Numbered from the whole stretch's first letter, positions 37,961-51,241 are shown. The stretch: DNA of 63,670 nt, filler included, from Choristocarpus tenellus KU-1152 (GCA_964200185.2; 9 parts of 9 records of this genome joined end to end with filler, not necessarily neighbours in it), one strand, 5' to 3'. Translations and numbers: made by a program. Notes: generated by a model not told the origin, from the letters alone.

Positions 37961-38165
37961 ACACCCCTCCCCTGTTTCTATTTCTAGGGAGAAGGAGTCG
38001 GGAAATTTGCACGTGGTGACCACTGATGGAAATCAGAATAGGGTTAGGGTGTCACACCGGAAGCTGGATCGTACCTATACCTATGACCGGGTCTTTGGCC
38101 CTTTTGCTTGTCAGGAGGAGGTGTTTGTGACCAGTGTGCAGCCGATAGTGAAGGAGATGCTCCAG
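34351..38165 (+). CDS. KIF11: Kinesin motor domain N-terminus, kinesin-5 (BimC/Eg5)-like; truncated by gap
   Basis: Exon 34351-34415 (MNDRGESSNVQVAVRCRPLNT, phase 2) joins exon 37988-38165 (REKESGNLHVV...TYTYDRVFGPFACQEEVFVTSVQPIVKEMLQ). These are kinesin N-terminal motifs. The subfamily call rests on resemblance over about 80 aa only. Confidence 0.85.
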
Positions 38166-38271
38166 GTATACGTTTCGGTGTTGACTCTCCGCGTGTTTGC
38201 TTATTTACTTGTTTGCTTGATTGCTTGTTTGCTTTTATTCTGAAATTATTTATTGTGAATTAAACCAACTT

Positions 38272-38288
38272 TGTGTGTGTGTGTGTGT

Positions 38289-38329
<41 letters not shown>

Positions 38330-38353
38330 AGTGTGTGTGTGTGTGTGTGTGTG
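38272..38353. repeat. (TG)n microsatellite
   Basis: Direct reading. Confidence 0.95.
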
Positions 38354-39816
38354 CACGTGCGTGTTTAGGTCTTTTTGTCCTCCTCGTGTTAGAGCGCCAT
38401 CCTCTCTCTCTCACACACACACATGCACGCCTTCCTTCCGCCAGACGCACCATCGCCTTTTTTTTTCTTTTTAGTTGGTATTCTGAAGTTAAGGAGGCGT
38501 ACTTTCTGTTGCAGAGCCTCTTTTTGGATCGTTTTTATTATCGGAATTAGTATGCTCTTGTTTTTTTTGTTTATTTTCCTTGGTTTTATCACGGTGATGG
38601 ACTGACCGCCTGAAGGGTCGCTCTTGGAAAAAAAAGTAGATTGTTACGGAACTGTATACACTTCAGATTGCACGCTATTTTGTAACAATACAGAATTACG
38701 AGTAGATTTTCTAAAGAGTGTATGGGCCCCCTTATTGGGGTGGGATGGATGGAGTACCATTTTTTTTTTTAGTGTGTGCTTTCTAGACGCACAATTGTTG
38801 GGACCCCCCCCCCCCTCAAGAAATTCCCTGTGGTTTGCTGGGTAGGTAGTTAGTTAGGTAGGTAANNNNNNNNNNNNNNNNNNNNNNNNNNNNNNNNNNN
38901 NNNNNNNNNTTAATTAATTAANNNNNNNNNNNNNNNNNNNNNNNNNNNNNNNNNNNNNNNNNNNNGTGTGATGTGTGGTGAATGTCTTGGGGGCCATTTC
39001 GATTTTTCTTTCTTAAAAAAAAAGAAAAAGAACGAGACCAAAACGATTTCAATAAAAAAAAAGGGAGGGGGTGTTGATATAACGACAACTTCCTCCTGCA
39101 TATCCGAACGTACTCACTAAACAGACACCAAAAAATATTCCCACTACAGAGGTGCAGCACCAACTGCCACAAAAAAACGCCTGCCGGGAAAAAATCAGAT
39201 GGCCCCCTTCAATTCAAACACAGCAACACTTCTCTGTTTGTAACTTCGACTCTATGGCAGGGGGAGGGTGGAGGGGCCCAGAGACTCTCATATGCACCTA
39301 TATTCCCATGGGTATCCCTCCTGGCCGTCTCTTTACAGTGCTGTCCAAAAGACTAGACTGCTCTACAGCCCTAACCCCTGGCATTATCAATGGTTCGAAG
39401 AACAGCACATTAACCTCAAAAAATGTGTGGAACAATTTGCTCTCAAGTTTGCAGCACCTCTATTAATTAATCCTAATGAGCAGGGGGGGGGGGGGGGTGG
39501 GTATAATCTGTAGTATAAAAAATGATTTATAGCTCAATGAACTATTATTCCCATACTAAACTATAATAAATGCAACCCTTTCTGTGAGCTCTTCCTGTGA
39601 GACATAACGTAAACACAAACTCAAACGCCTTCAATCAAGCACTCCCCCCCCAAAAAAAACAAACAAGCCCTCCACTACTCAACTCACAGAACCCTTACCC
39701 TAACCCAAAGCCCAGTAACTCACTGTTGTGCATTACTAGACGTAGTCTCTCGACAAACCTCAACTGCAATGAGATCTCTACTCCAGGGACACCCCATTGT
39801 CTCCTTCATTGCCCAC

Positions 39817-40115
39817 CTGCGCCCACGAGGTCAAACAAGTCTCTGACAGGTCCAGACTCTGCAGAGACAAGAACCCCTCCACCCTGGCCCCATTGCGTCT
39901 GCCCTTGGCGTCTTTGTCACCCTCACAGCCATACCCATCTGCATCCCCATCCACATCACCAGCAAGGGCAGATACATATTCTACATCAGATAAGATATTA
40001 TCTGCAGCACAAAGGTCTTCCAGGTTGGGAGCCCACTTCCCGAGCAAGGCCACCTATTAACACACCCATCCATTATCATTCAGAGGTAATGTACAAGGTG
40101 TGAGATCTTGGATAA

Positions 40116-40155
<40 letters not shown>

Positions 40156-40639
40156 ATGTATATATATCCATCTGTGGGTCAATACCTGATCCTGTCACAA
40201 AACAGCCCAATCACAAGATATACCCTCATCCGACCATTCCTCATTTGCCACAAAACACAGTCGCACCGCTACAATAAAATACAATGCAATACAATACAAT
40301 ACAATGCAATACAATACAATACAATACTACTACTAAAATCACAACAGAAAAACAAACAAAAACAAACCCTGCAATGAACTGCAGTACACAAACCTCCACA
40401 GTACGTATGTGTGCGTGCCAGCGCCAAACACAACAAACCCTAACCCTAACAACTCCCTTATAACCCGAAAGACCTTGACAATCCCCCCCCCCCCCCAAAG
40501 GTATGCATCGAGCTCTTGATGCGCTCGTACAGAAGGGAACTCAAGAGAGGAACTACGGCCCTACCCACTGACCTGAGACCACGAGGTAATGCTACAGCTA
40601 TTAATGACCAACACACACAGGTTGGCGGCCACCTCCTCT
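39817..40639 (-). CDS. TBCE: Two internal exons of an LRR protein, tubulin-folding cofactor E-like
   Basis: Exons 40639-40573 (NLCVLVINSCSITSWSQ) and 40053-39817 (VALLGKWAPNLEDLCAADNIL...FLSLQSLDLSETCLTSWAQ) join in phase 0 and match the TBCE-type LRR pattern LxxLxLNxxxIxSW..V...PxLEEL. Confidence 0.7.
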
Positions 40640-41095
40640 CTGCAAAATTTTGATGCCGTGGGCAAGGCATGCAACATCCGGCAACACGTTATCAGAAATC
40701 GAGGAGCAAGAGGTCAAGGAAGTCCATCAATAAGGTCCAGAGAGGACAAGAGAAGACAGAGTAGCCCCGGAGCCAGTTCTATAGCGCGATGCAGGCTACC
40801 AGAGTAATCCGAGCATATTGTGTAGAGTGTAGAGCTAGCTCTCTGATACGGTATTCCTGTGCAATGTATTGCACAGTAGTGGAACCACCAGGTATGATAT
40901 CATCAACACACAGGGTGACAGCTTTGTGTGTGTCCATTTGATTGCACATGAATAGTATCTGCACTGGTAGGTGATGTCAAGACACCCACGACTCACACAC
41001 ACCAGCTCCTTCGTTGAACCTATCTGCACATCAGGTTGGACATGAAAGATCTCTGAATTTATTTATCCTAACCCACCTGTCTTGATCAGACAATG

Positions 41096-41277
41096 GACCC
41101 AAAGTATCTTGGGGTGTGTGTGTCTACACCAAGGTGTCTGTTCATTTGCGCCATAACCCGGAGAAGTGTACTTACATCATCCATCCGATGTATACAAACA
41201 AATCGCCAAAAAATCGCAACATGAAAAAATTGGCCCCAAATGGACAGCCACCCCCCCCCCCCCAGATACTTTGAGCC
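41096..41277. mobile_element. MITE family C
   Basis: GACCCAAAGTATCTTGGGG...CCCAGATACTTTGAGCC; target duplication ATG/ATG. Confidence 0.88.
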
Positions 41278-41601
41278 ATGACAAGCTGAGTCTGTTTAAC
41301 ACTAGACTCACAAACAACCAAGTCATACCGTTAAGAACATGCTTTTTATTCACCTGTTGAGGAATAGGAAGCACCGTGGGAACCGATCTGTGATTAATTT
41401 GATTAGTCATACTCACAGAATAGAATTGATTTCGTGGTGAGGAACCCCCCCCCCCCCCCCCCCCCCCCCCCCGGCTGCACTTGCCCCCTTCCTCCCCCCC
41501 CNNNNNNNNNNNNNNNNNNNNNNNNNNNNNNNNNNNNNNNNNNNNTTAATTAATTAANNNNNNNNNNNNNNNNNNNNNNNNNNNNNNNNNNNNNNNNNNN
41601 N

Positions 41602-44156
41602 TCCGTGTAAGAGGCCTGCAGCTCTTCACCCAGCTGTGTTCTTGTGAATATGTTCTTCCCTTTTATACCACGTGAGAACCTGAAGGTGAAATGCAAGCAA
41701 GTTAATTTTGAGGCAGGGGCGAAAGAAAAGAAGCGGAGAAGCAAGATATATATGCAGGCACATGCTCTGATGCATGTATATGGAAGTATAAATATAAAAA
41801 AGGGGTGATGCGTACATTTTTTTATTGTTTTGTTTCGAGAGTAGGTTACAAAACAGTTCTGGCAGCTGCTCTTATCGTGCAATTATGTTGCGGGGAAATC
41901 AAAAGTCAATCAAACAATTGCAGTGTATGACCATAAACCTTCCAGAGACGCAACAAGCGTGAGTTGCAAGCCTCAAGGCAGTATCCGTCCGTGTAAAAAC
42001 ACCATGTGGCTATCGCACTTATATATCTTGCCTAATTACCTGGAGAAGATCTGATCAATTTTGATGTGCGTGTGCCCCACCATCATAAAATTATCTCGAC
42101 CACACAAATGACACTCGCCGCGACCAACAGCCCCGCATATCCGAGAAAGAAATTGCTCTTGTTCTCTGAGACGCAATTGTCGACCTGGCCAGATTGGGGA
42201 GTTGGGAGCGAGAGAGGGATAGGCGTGAGGCCGATATGTCAGTCCATTTCACCACGTTTCGTGGAGGAACAGGGCATGTTTCCAGTAGTGCTAGAGTGCA
42301 AGCTCTACATCACCGCCATCATACATGCAGGTTGCAACACACAGACCAAAACTAAAGACCGTGCAGTTAGTTACTTGGTGACCGGTATTCGGCGAGTATG
42401 TGTTGAGTAGGTCATGTCAAGATGAAACTTTCTTACCTGCCAATGCGTGTGCTGGATGATGCAACCCCCCGTGTGATCGAGGTTGTTGTGGTACTTGTCG
42501 ATAAGCCTTGTGAGGGCAAGGTGGGTGGCTGTGCAGACAAGGTTACAACCTGCGCGATCGATGATGTCCGTCGTTAGTTGGCAAATAGTACTCTGCTTAC
42601 TTACGCATTGTTTAATTGGAGCTAAAAAGAGGGGTAATGGAATGTGTTTTTGCGATGTAGAGCACATACACCCGACAGGCTGATATACGTGTCTGTGGGT
42701 TTTCCTCCTCCTTGATTAGCTCTTACGCTCCTCTCGCCTTTCCAAAGCTGAGGTGTACGAGGGCAGGGGAGCACAGCGCATCATCAGTTAATCGACTGTT
42801 CACCAGGCCTGTGGTATCTGTAGGAGAATCGTGTAAGGGTGTAGTCGTACTTGGGTATCTAACCTACGGCGGGTCCACTCACCATGACGGTAAATCAAGT
42901 GGTACGTGCGCAACCAGCATCTATTCAGTCGTGTGATTGTTGAGCCACAACCCACAATGCGTACCTCCTCCAAGATTGATAGGAGTGAAGAACACCTCCG
43001 TGAACTGGCCTTCGACGCTTGCGACCATGATCTTCTGGCGCTCGGAGTAGCCCTTGATAAGAAGGACATGAACCAAAGAAACGTGTAAAGAAAGGTGTTA
43101 TGGTGTGTCATCATCATGATGAACGGAATAGGTAGTGGAATTATGTGCGTCTGTCTTGGCGGTTACTCCTTGTGGTTCGTGCACTCATTCGTAGAATAAA
43201 ACAGGGTCGTCTATTCTGTTCTGCTTGCGACTGCAAACTTGTTGACAGATGGACTATGCGTGCGTGTGGTTACCTGTCACCGCCGTGGGTAGGTGGGTAA
43301 AGTGCTGGGAGGGCGTGCGATGTCTGGTTCGCCGCGTCTACGGACATGAACACGAAGCCGAGAGGTTTGCCGTCGGCTTTGGCCCGCATGGCGCTGCTGG
43401 TGCTGTTGGCGATGACCAGATGATCCGCTTGGATAATCTGGCGAATAGGGGAGAGCAACATCACGGAGGTAAATCAAATAAACCTGCTTAGAGTTGTAAA
43501 AAAATGGCCACTTGTTCACACGTATCAGGTTAGTAACAGAAATCGAGTGTATGTAACAAAAAATATTTGTCTTGGTCTTGTTTTTTATTGCTGCATTCAA
43601 AACAAACACAGTATTATCGGGACGGTAGCAAGTACGTACGTACGGGGCCGGAAGACCACTACATGACCTGTCCCTCCCAAAGCCCGTTGTAGATGAGTAG
43701 GAAGCAGTCTATCATACAAGGTGTTAGGGCAACTAATAACAACATTTTTGCGCTGAGTGAGGCTGCTGCTGCTGCCATAATCACCTGCATCGGAGTCTTC
43801 ATTCGCAAAAGGCAACAGATGTTGTTCCCAATGGAGGGCAATGACGGCGACATGTTGCCACTGTACGCTTGTCGCAAAATCAAGGCTGGACACCTACCTT
43901 TCGATGGTCTGACAGCTCCTTGTTGATGGACTTGAGGACGGTGGAGTCGTTCGTGGGTTTACACCAGGCGCACCGTGCCGCTTCTCTTTTAACGTAACAC
44001 ATATGTTAAATTTCATAAATTCGCCTCCTACTCTCACCCTGATGTTGGACCTGCCCTCTCTGAGCAATCGGAGGAAGTGCGCCTTGCTTACCTGCTTGGA
44101 AGTGTCGTCAGGATACACCCGTATTGCCTCTTTGCAAAAATCCTTGTATAGCTCCT
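41602..44156 (-). pseudogene. Intron-containing Sola-like/DUF7869-type transposase, frameshifted
   Basis: Exons ~44156-43898, 43437-43274, 43052-42965, 42549-42437, 42184-42040, 41679-41602. They give SKAHFLRLL..EFMKFNIC, FMSVDAANQ..LP, GCNLVCT, WQVDNCVSENKSN, MMVGHTHIKIDQIFSRFS. At least three frame slips are needed. Confidence 0.8.
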
Positions 44157-44161
44157 AATTA

Positions 44162-44186
44162 GGGTCAAAGTATCTGGGAGGGGGGG
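44162..44186. mobile_element. MITE family C terminus at contig end
   Basis: GGGTCAAAGTATCTGGGAGGGGGGG runs into the gap. Confidence 0.7.
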
Positions 44187-45739
44187 NNNNNNNNNNNNNN
44201 NNNNNNNNNNNNNNNNNNNNNNNNNNNNNNTTAATTAATTAANNNNNNNNNNNNNNNNNNNNNNNNNNNNNNNNNNNNNNNNNNNNGGGGTGGGAAATGG
44301 TAACAGTGTGCATATAGCGATGGCGAAGTTTGAGAAAGTGACCAAATTGAAAAAAGCGAAAAAAAAAAATGGGCGTAAGACGGAAATCTTCCCACTTCCA
44401 GACAAAGGCTTCATTTTCTACCCAATTTTTGCGATTTTTGTTCATTATTTTTCCACCCCCCCTCACTTCACCAACCTTCCAACCACACTGCTACCGATTC
44501 CTATCTCTTCTTTTCATTTTGACGTTAAGATTTGGGTTTTGTCCATGTGCTCCAAATTGCAAAACATTTGAAGGGGAAAACACGATGGCGACAGTTTATT
44601 AGGCGATTTTTTTCCTCTTCTTGTTCTTTCCATTCTTCCATGTTTCTTTACGTTGTGCCGAACAGTCCCAGAAAGGTTTGGTCATGAAAAAATATAGTTT
44701 GTAGAGAAACTTGTCTGTGCTGAACTGCCTCATGGAATACTGAAAAAACTTCATGTTCATATTTGGGACTCACCTTCCAGGGGTCGTTCAATGATTATGT
44801 TTGAGTCACGAAAACATTGAAGCATGATTTGAATGAAGTGTTTTGTGCTCATGCAAGATCATTATTTCTTCAACCTTCTACACAGCCTGCTACTCTCTCT
44901 ATTCACCTACTATCCGTCCAGATCCTCCTCCTGTTCTTCATCGCTTTCTTTTTCATCCTCCTCATTCTCTACCACTCAAAAATGTTGTCCTCTGTCCGAG
45001 GGGAAACAATGAGGTTTTCCTCCTTCAGCTCACTCTCTTCATCCTCCTTGGTCATCTTCACCTTCAAACTCTTCACCCAAGCATTTTGGCAGCTTCACTC
45101 AAGACTAGCAACTCGGCCTTTCTTTGCCTTTTCCCCCTTACCCACCTTCTTTCTTCCCTTCCCCATGATTCAGCCTATATCACTGTCCTCAGAACCCCAA
45201 TTGGGATACCCCTGTGCTGGATCACTTGCATCTCATGAACATCTTTGAATGGTGTGAATCTCAGATCCTGGGGAGCCACGCACAGCTACCAGCTACCACA
45301 TGGAAGAATCCATTCCTTCGTTGGATGTCATCAGGTCCAGATTATTCCCAACCCGATCATTCAATCACCAAACTGACCTCTTCACTTCTGCGTGCCAATG
45401 TGCAACCAACCACCAGACTACCTCCTACCTCAAAGACTAAGAGTGCATCAATAGATTTTTTAGGGCGGGCTTTCGCTTCACCATAATCCACCCTATCAAA
45501 AAGTCCTCAAAACTCCACAACTTCACTGCAATGTGATGCCCTCGTGTGAGACCGCAATTTGCTGATATGATTAATCTTATCATACTTCGCTCACAAGATA
45601 TTCTATCACAGTTTACTGACAAGATGTGAGATAGTAAGGTACAGGTGTGATAGGTATGTAACATTGTGAAGGTACGGGTGAGATAGGTCTGTATGACAAG
45701 CCATGGTCTGCCACCAGAGCCAGTGTGAACAAGGGCCAC

Positions 45740-46275
45740 ATGCATTGGCCCCCATACAATCCCTGGAACTAGCATGACAGATCCCTCCCATTGAGTTTAG
45801 ACTCAACGCCTGTAGATCCATAGGGAGGGAGGATGCCCTATCCAACAGGTGCCCAGTGGCTGGGTGAAGGAGGCAAAGTGTGGACACGAGACATGCCCGT
45901 AACTGCCCTAGGGCAGGGGAACAGGTTGACCAACACACACCAATGATGAGGCATCTAGGTCAACTTTGCAAAGGAATGGCCATCTCTTGCACTATGGAAG
46001 GCGGTAGCCCATGGACAGTGGACCGGAATTTCCGCATGGACCTGGCCTTCCATGCTGGGAGACTTGCAGACGCTGGATCAGCCCCTTGGCAGGATAAAGG
46101 CCTCCTCCTGGATGTCACATTTGCAGAAGTGCAAGCATCCTCCCATCTGCCCCACTCATCCACCAGCAATGTTATAGCTGCTGCTGCTGCAGCTGGGGCG
46201 CGAACGTTCACCCACTACGAGGGTTCGTTTAACCCTCGTAGTTTGAACCTCAACAACTTCGTGGTGGAAAAAAGG
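45740..46275 (+). mobile_element. Non-LTR retrotransposon 3' fragment (zinc knuckle plus restriction-like endonuclease)
   Basis: HARNCPRAG...H, RMDL, LLLDVT, AAAAA..HY..F...L..FVVE follow the motif order of RLE-type LINE C-termini. Confidence 0.7.
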
Positions 46276-46866
46276 AAATCAGTAACCGAGGCTCAACCCT
46301 TGACAACCTATATCAGGGTACGGGCATGAAGTCTCATTAAGCAGATAGATAACCTTCAACTTGAGATAATGGAAATTCTAAGTTCAAAAAATAACGGAAT
46401 CACAACTAGGACCCTTCTAAACACCATTTAGAGGAATCATATTCTGAGTCAAACGCCCCTTCAATAATATTAATAAGAAAATAGGGTTGTAACTTTGGTG
46501 GAAGGCAATGGGAATTTCATTGGCAGACAATAATAATATATAATTTCACCTATCCATCTATCCCTCATTTCGAATAATGTAAAACGTACCAGATTCGTTG
46601 GTTAGTGTGAGTTGCCGTTTGGTTTTACTTTTTGACATTTTTGGGCATTTCCAAACTGAAAATCCTGACGAGTGCAAGTTGTACGAAAAATTTTGGGCAT
46701 TTCTGAACGAGGCAAATCTCAGCGGAGTGTGGATCAGAGGATTCGTGATCAATTTCCAAGGCAAATCTTAACGGAATTATTGGTGTTTGGATTTGCCCCC
46801 TGTTGTTGTTCATAGCTTACTACTTGGGGCTACAGAGGTATTACGTACAGCATATCTGGAACAAGA

Positions 46867-47290
46867 TGGACAAAATGGATGAGAGTGAGAGAGACCGAAT
46901 TTCATTGTTCTCCAGTTCATCGTCTTCAGATGAAACTACCTTTAGGCTGCGGGCGATATTTAGGCAGATGATAAGTGCAACTGTGATATTGCTCATCTAC
47001 GCTTTGATGGATGTGGAGAATGAAAAGTAAGAATATCCTGTATTTCGCATATTTCGCATCCCCCAAGATCGGCCCGTTTACATGGCGAGCTGATGGGGGG
47101 TTATACTGCAGAGAGAGGAAGCTCTGAGAGACGTCACTTCTCGCGAGGCGCTGAAGTTTAGGAGGCAGCTCCGAGTCCCATTTGTTTCATTTTCTTTGAA
47201 GATTTAGTGAAGGAGGTACAAAGGCAGGGGTGGCTTGGTTGTCGAACCACAGATTCCACCAGACGGGCTGGAATACCTGTGAAGCTGAAG
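46867..47290 (+). mobile_element. PIF/Harbinger-like transposase N-terminal relic
   Basis: RPVYMAS*WGVIL..DVTSREALKFRRQLRVPF / FFEDLVKEV..W..DSTRRAGIPVKLK, followed by a GTGAGC donor. Resembles the FRRRFR..F..LV and D..GR....LK motifs of Harbinger transposases. Contains stops and a frameshift. Confidence 0.6.
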
Positions 47291-49454
47291 GTGAGCATAC
47301 CCGGCAGAAGAGTTTGTGTTTAAGGGGGATCTGAAGAGTATGTGGAGAGGGAGGTGGGATTTGATGAGCTTAGGAAGAAGCTCATAGCACACTATAGGTA
47401 TAAGGAAGAAAACGGATAGGTTGTTTGGATGAGGTCTTGATGATGGAATCTTGCTTGTCAAACAAAGGTTTGCGTTTTGCGCTATTGACATGTTGTGTGA
47501 TAGTGAACAGTACAATTGGTATTGTACTTTTGTCAAGTACATAAAAGAAGAGGTAGGAAGAAGTAATGCAGACAAAGAGTCAATTGCCAATACAATATGG
47601 AGAGTGGATGAAAGTCAACAGTCGGAAGAATTAATTGCCACTGGTTGCTGACAATGTAGTTAGGTAAAGATTGTCCTCATGGACAAAAGCAGGTCACTTC
47701 ATTCTGAGCAGTGGGTAATATTATACCCTAACCAACCTTCTGAAGAGCGCTGGGATATCATTGTTACTTTAACATTGCTCAAGGTCATGATAGAAGGTCA
47801 GGGTTAACAGCTTTGTTTGGTTAGTGCATCACAAGCTCAAGATGAGAGGATCTGACACAAAAGTAAATTCCATAAATAAAAAATCACATCAAATCTAAAC
47901 AATGCCGTCCAGTGTGATGGTACACATACATGCACGGCACCGCTGTCAAAGACTACCGAGCACTACGCTGACACCTGTGTTGTCACAACTGATTCCCCAA
48001 GTCTATCCCCCAACTACTATTTTTTATCCCTAAAGCGCACAAGTCAACACCCCCTTCGCCACTGTCTGGCTCCAAATCCCCCGCGCCCTCCTTCACTACT
48101 CCCCCACCACTTCCCAACATAATTCCAGCACAACCGATATTCTGTCCCAGCCTCACTGCCACCAGCTCTTGCTGATACCTTTTCCGACAGAACTTTGCCT
48201 GAGCAGTATCACTACTCTTCTAAATGTCCTCCAAGCTTGATTAGCAGTCTTGACCATTCCGTCAAAATTGTGCCCATCTTCCCTAGCAGTAGCGTTTTCT
48301 CCCATTATGTCTGCGTGTCTCCTCATGTCTCTAGCCGCATCATCCGATATGGGTAGAGGGTACCAATAATGTGGTCATCCATCCAACTTTATTCCTTGAC
48401 CCCGCTTCCAACTTCAAGTCCTCCTCAGCAGCCCTCCGTAACTGTTGTGGGCTCCTCGATCCTGTGTTTGCTACTAGCCCGGACGTCCTCATTATCTCCA
48501 CACCCTCCATTGAAGAGGACACCACCGACCCCCTATCCTTGGCTAAGTCACATGGGGAAGTGGACCCTTCTAGTGGTGGTCCCTCAGTCGCACTCACATC
48601 AAAGTCATGGAGCACATCATTGTACGGGAGCCTATATACTGCAAGCNNNNNNNNNNNNNNNNNNNNNNNNNNNNNNNNNNNNNNNNNNNNTTAATTAATT
48701 AANNNNNNNNNNNNNNNNNNNNNNNNNNNNNNNNNNNNNNNNNNNNCTGTCATAGTGTTCCTGCATATATCCCTTTAATATTTTCTAATGTATGTTGAAT
48801 GCGATGGTGGACTAGGAGTCTAGCAGTGAAGTTCCGTCACTGATGCCCCCAATTTGGAAGGCTTCTAGATCCTACCCAGAGGCAAGGTAAGTCACATTAT
48901 GGTTTGAGCAAACCTTTCTGCGCATATGCATCTTCATCTCACTTCTGATGCAGAGCCTCGATGTTTAGTGAGCCTACAGGCGAAGTGAGTGAGAAGAATT
49001 TCCAAGAGAGAGACATGCCTTCACAAGTTAATTTCAGCAAGTTGTGTCTTTTCAGTATGAGAATTCTCTTATCTTACTGGAGGATTCGACATGTAGTGGT
49101 TTGCTGGCACGCAAGTTCAAATCCTTTGGTACTATTTTTGTTGTCCCAGCTGGTAACAGCAGTTATTTGATAAATCAGTAATGTTTTCCTTCCCCAGGTT
49201 CTAATGCCGCATGCTGGCCCTTCATGTAGTACTCATGGCCATCAGGAACGAACTCTTTTTGTTTCTTCTTCAAATACATCCATTTTATCTTTCAATTCTG
49301 CACCATTCTTCAGGATTAACACCATGCCCACCTCCATGTTAACGTTACAAAGTAGTGGAGAATTGAAAAAAAATCGATAGAAGTAGTTGCAACACTACTA
49401 CACAAAGAGAACAAGGACTGAAATATCATTGTTGTCCTACCATTTCCATGTCAG

Positions 49455-49545
49455 AGACTAAGTTTCTGGGGGGTGGTGACGACTGTCTTTGCCATGTCGC
49501 GATTTTTGGATGATTTGGTTGTGTGTGTCGGATGTATAATGTATA
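49455..49545. mobile_element. MITE family C, degraded partial
   Basis: GAGACTAAGTTTCTGGGGGGTGGTGACGACTGTC...GCGATTTTTGGATGATTTGGTTG resembles the family C arm. Confidence 0.5.
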
Positions 49546-49868
49546 ATATATTTTATAGACCTACCTGTATCTACCTTTGTATCCATGTATGCGCTCAAGA
49601 AGTATGGAAATGTACACTACTTGTGCTCTGGATATGTGTCTAAATATAAATTTGGACCCAAGTATTTGGACCAAAACTGGTGTTCTCCAAGCATTGACGA
49701 GTCCTAAGTAGAGCCAAACCAATTGAGAGGTAAGCAAGCTTACATTTTAGAGATCCCGAGAAAGACAAAAGACACATTTTGTAATGCAGAAAAAGCCCTT
49801 TCCTGAATTGTGGTGTCACTTTGCGTATGGAAAGAGGGAATATCAATTTGTATACACTATTGCGAACA

Positions 49869-50121
49869 GAGCCAAAGTAAACGAGAGATACCAAGAGTTT
49901 AATTTTGAGGATACTGACGACTACAATTATGTACGAAATTCGGTTTTAGTTAACAGGTTTATGCAGGTTATTTTTTCTGAGTTGTTTCATATTGTTTTTA
50001 AACATAGGGAAAGTAATGCTCTGAAGACAAACACAGAACTACATGTTCCATGGTCGAATTGCAAAAAGAACTTAAAATGCAAATCAACCGAAACCTGGGT
50101 ATCTCTAGTTTACTTTGGTTC
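49869..50121. mobile_element. MITE family B (opposite orientation to 30728)
   Basis: GAGCCAAAGTAAACGAGAGATACC...GGTATCTCTAGTTTACTTTGGTTC; flanks ACA/ATA. Confidence 0.8.
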
Positions 50122-50504
50122 ATATAAAATAATGAAACAGAGCGTATTGCGCAGAGTAAGAAATATGACCTAGAATGCAAAAGTGTCCAAACCTGTCTAC
50201 CTTTAAATTGGTTTGGCTCAGTACCCAAACCTCTTCTTCAGGGGAGAGGCAGGTTACAGTGGCCGGTGGATCAGTCAGTGATAATCCTCCTCTTCCAGTG
50301 CAGACTAATAATACTCGAGGCAAGAAGTTATCATTCATATTTTCCTCTGTCAACACCATGAGGGTTCTGGGTCTAAGATAACGAACGGCAGGACATGGAT
50401 GGACAGTTAGGGGCTTCTTAACCTTCTTGAAAAAAATTGGAAACGATGTGCAAGGGATTGAATCATGAGAAGGAAGCTTGAACAGAGGTGGACACGCAGG
50501 GACG

Positions 50505-50764
50505 GAGCCAATGTATCTTAGAGGGTAGAGCCGCGTCCATTTGGGGGTAAAAGTCCAATGTTGCGATTTTGATGTAAATTCGACTATCGTATTTGTTAGG
50601 AAGTGTCAATATCTATGTTCCGGACACACGTTTTCATAGCGTATATATTTTACCTACTCCGAAACATTTTGGACTAGGAAAATATCATAAAAAAACGCCA
50701 TGGGAACCCAAGATCCAAACGGTCAAACAGGGCAAAACTCGTACCCCCTAAGATACCTTAACTC
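50505..50764 (+). mobile_element. MITE family A, full copy
   Basis: Both TIRs present; flanks GACG/GACG. Confidence 0.9.
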
Positions 50765-51241
50765 GACGTGCACGTCTTGCAAATGACAGCGAAGAATGTG
50801 TAAGAAATTGTAGCAAATGAAGGATCTCTTAGAAAGAAGGACAGATGGGAGGTCGTATTTTGTAGCGAGGAGAGTGAAGGCCCTTCCCATAGGATAGGCA
50901 ATGGAAAGGGGCGGACGGTAAAGAAAGCCTTAGTTGAGAGGGAAGATAACAAGGGATTTTGGAGGAGAGTGAAGGGCACCTACCTAATGTAGGAATAGGC
51001 AGGACAAGGGCTGACATTTGAATGATTAATCTCCTTTCGTGACAAATAGGAATAGTTACTGTGTGTGAAAGGATCTATTCGTGTGTGTCATACATCTGGA
51101 ATGTGCGTAATTTTACTACGTCTGCTTAGCCCACTATTATGGCATCACGCTCGCTCGCCATCTCCTATAGACACAAACCACGATGCAAACGAAATCAATC
51201 CCACACAATACACACGCTCAACTCTCATATCTCACTTTCAG

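Noticed and set aside
6761-40639. Functional cluster of microtubule genes (CCDC66-like, kinesin-5-like, TBCE-like)
   Set aside because: The three genes lie on different contigs whose adjacency is unproven.
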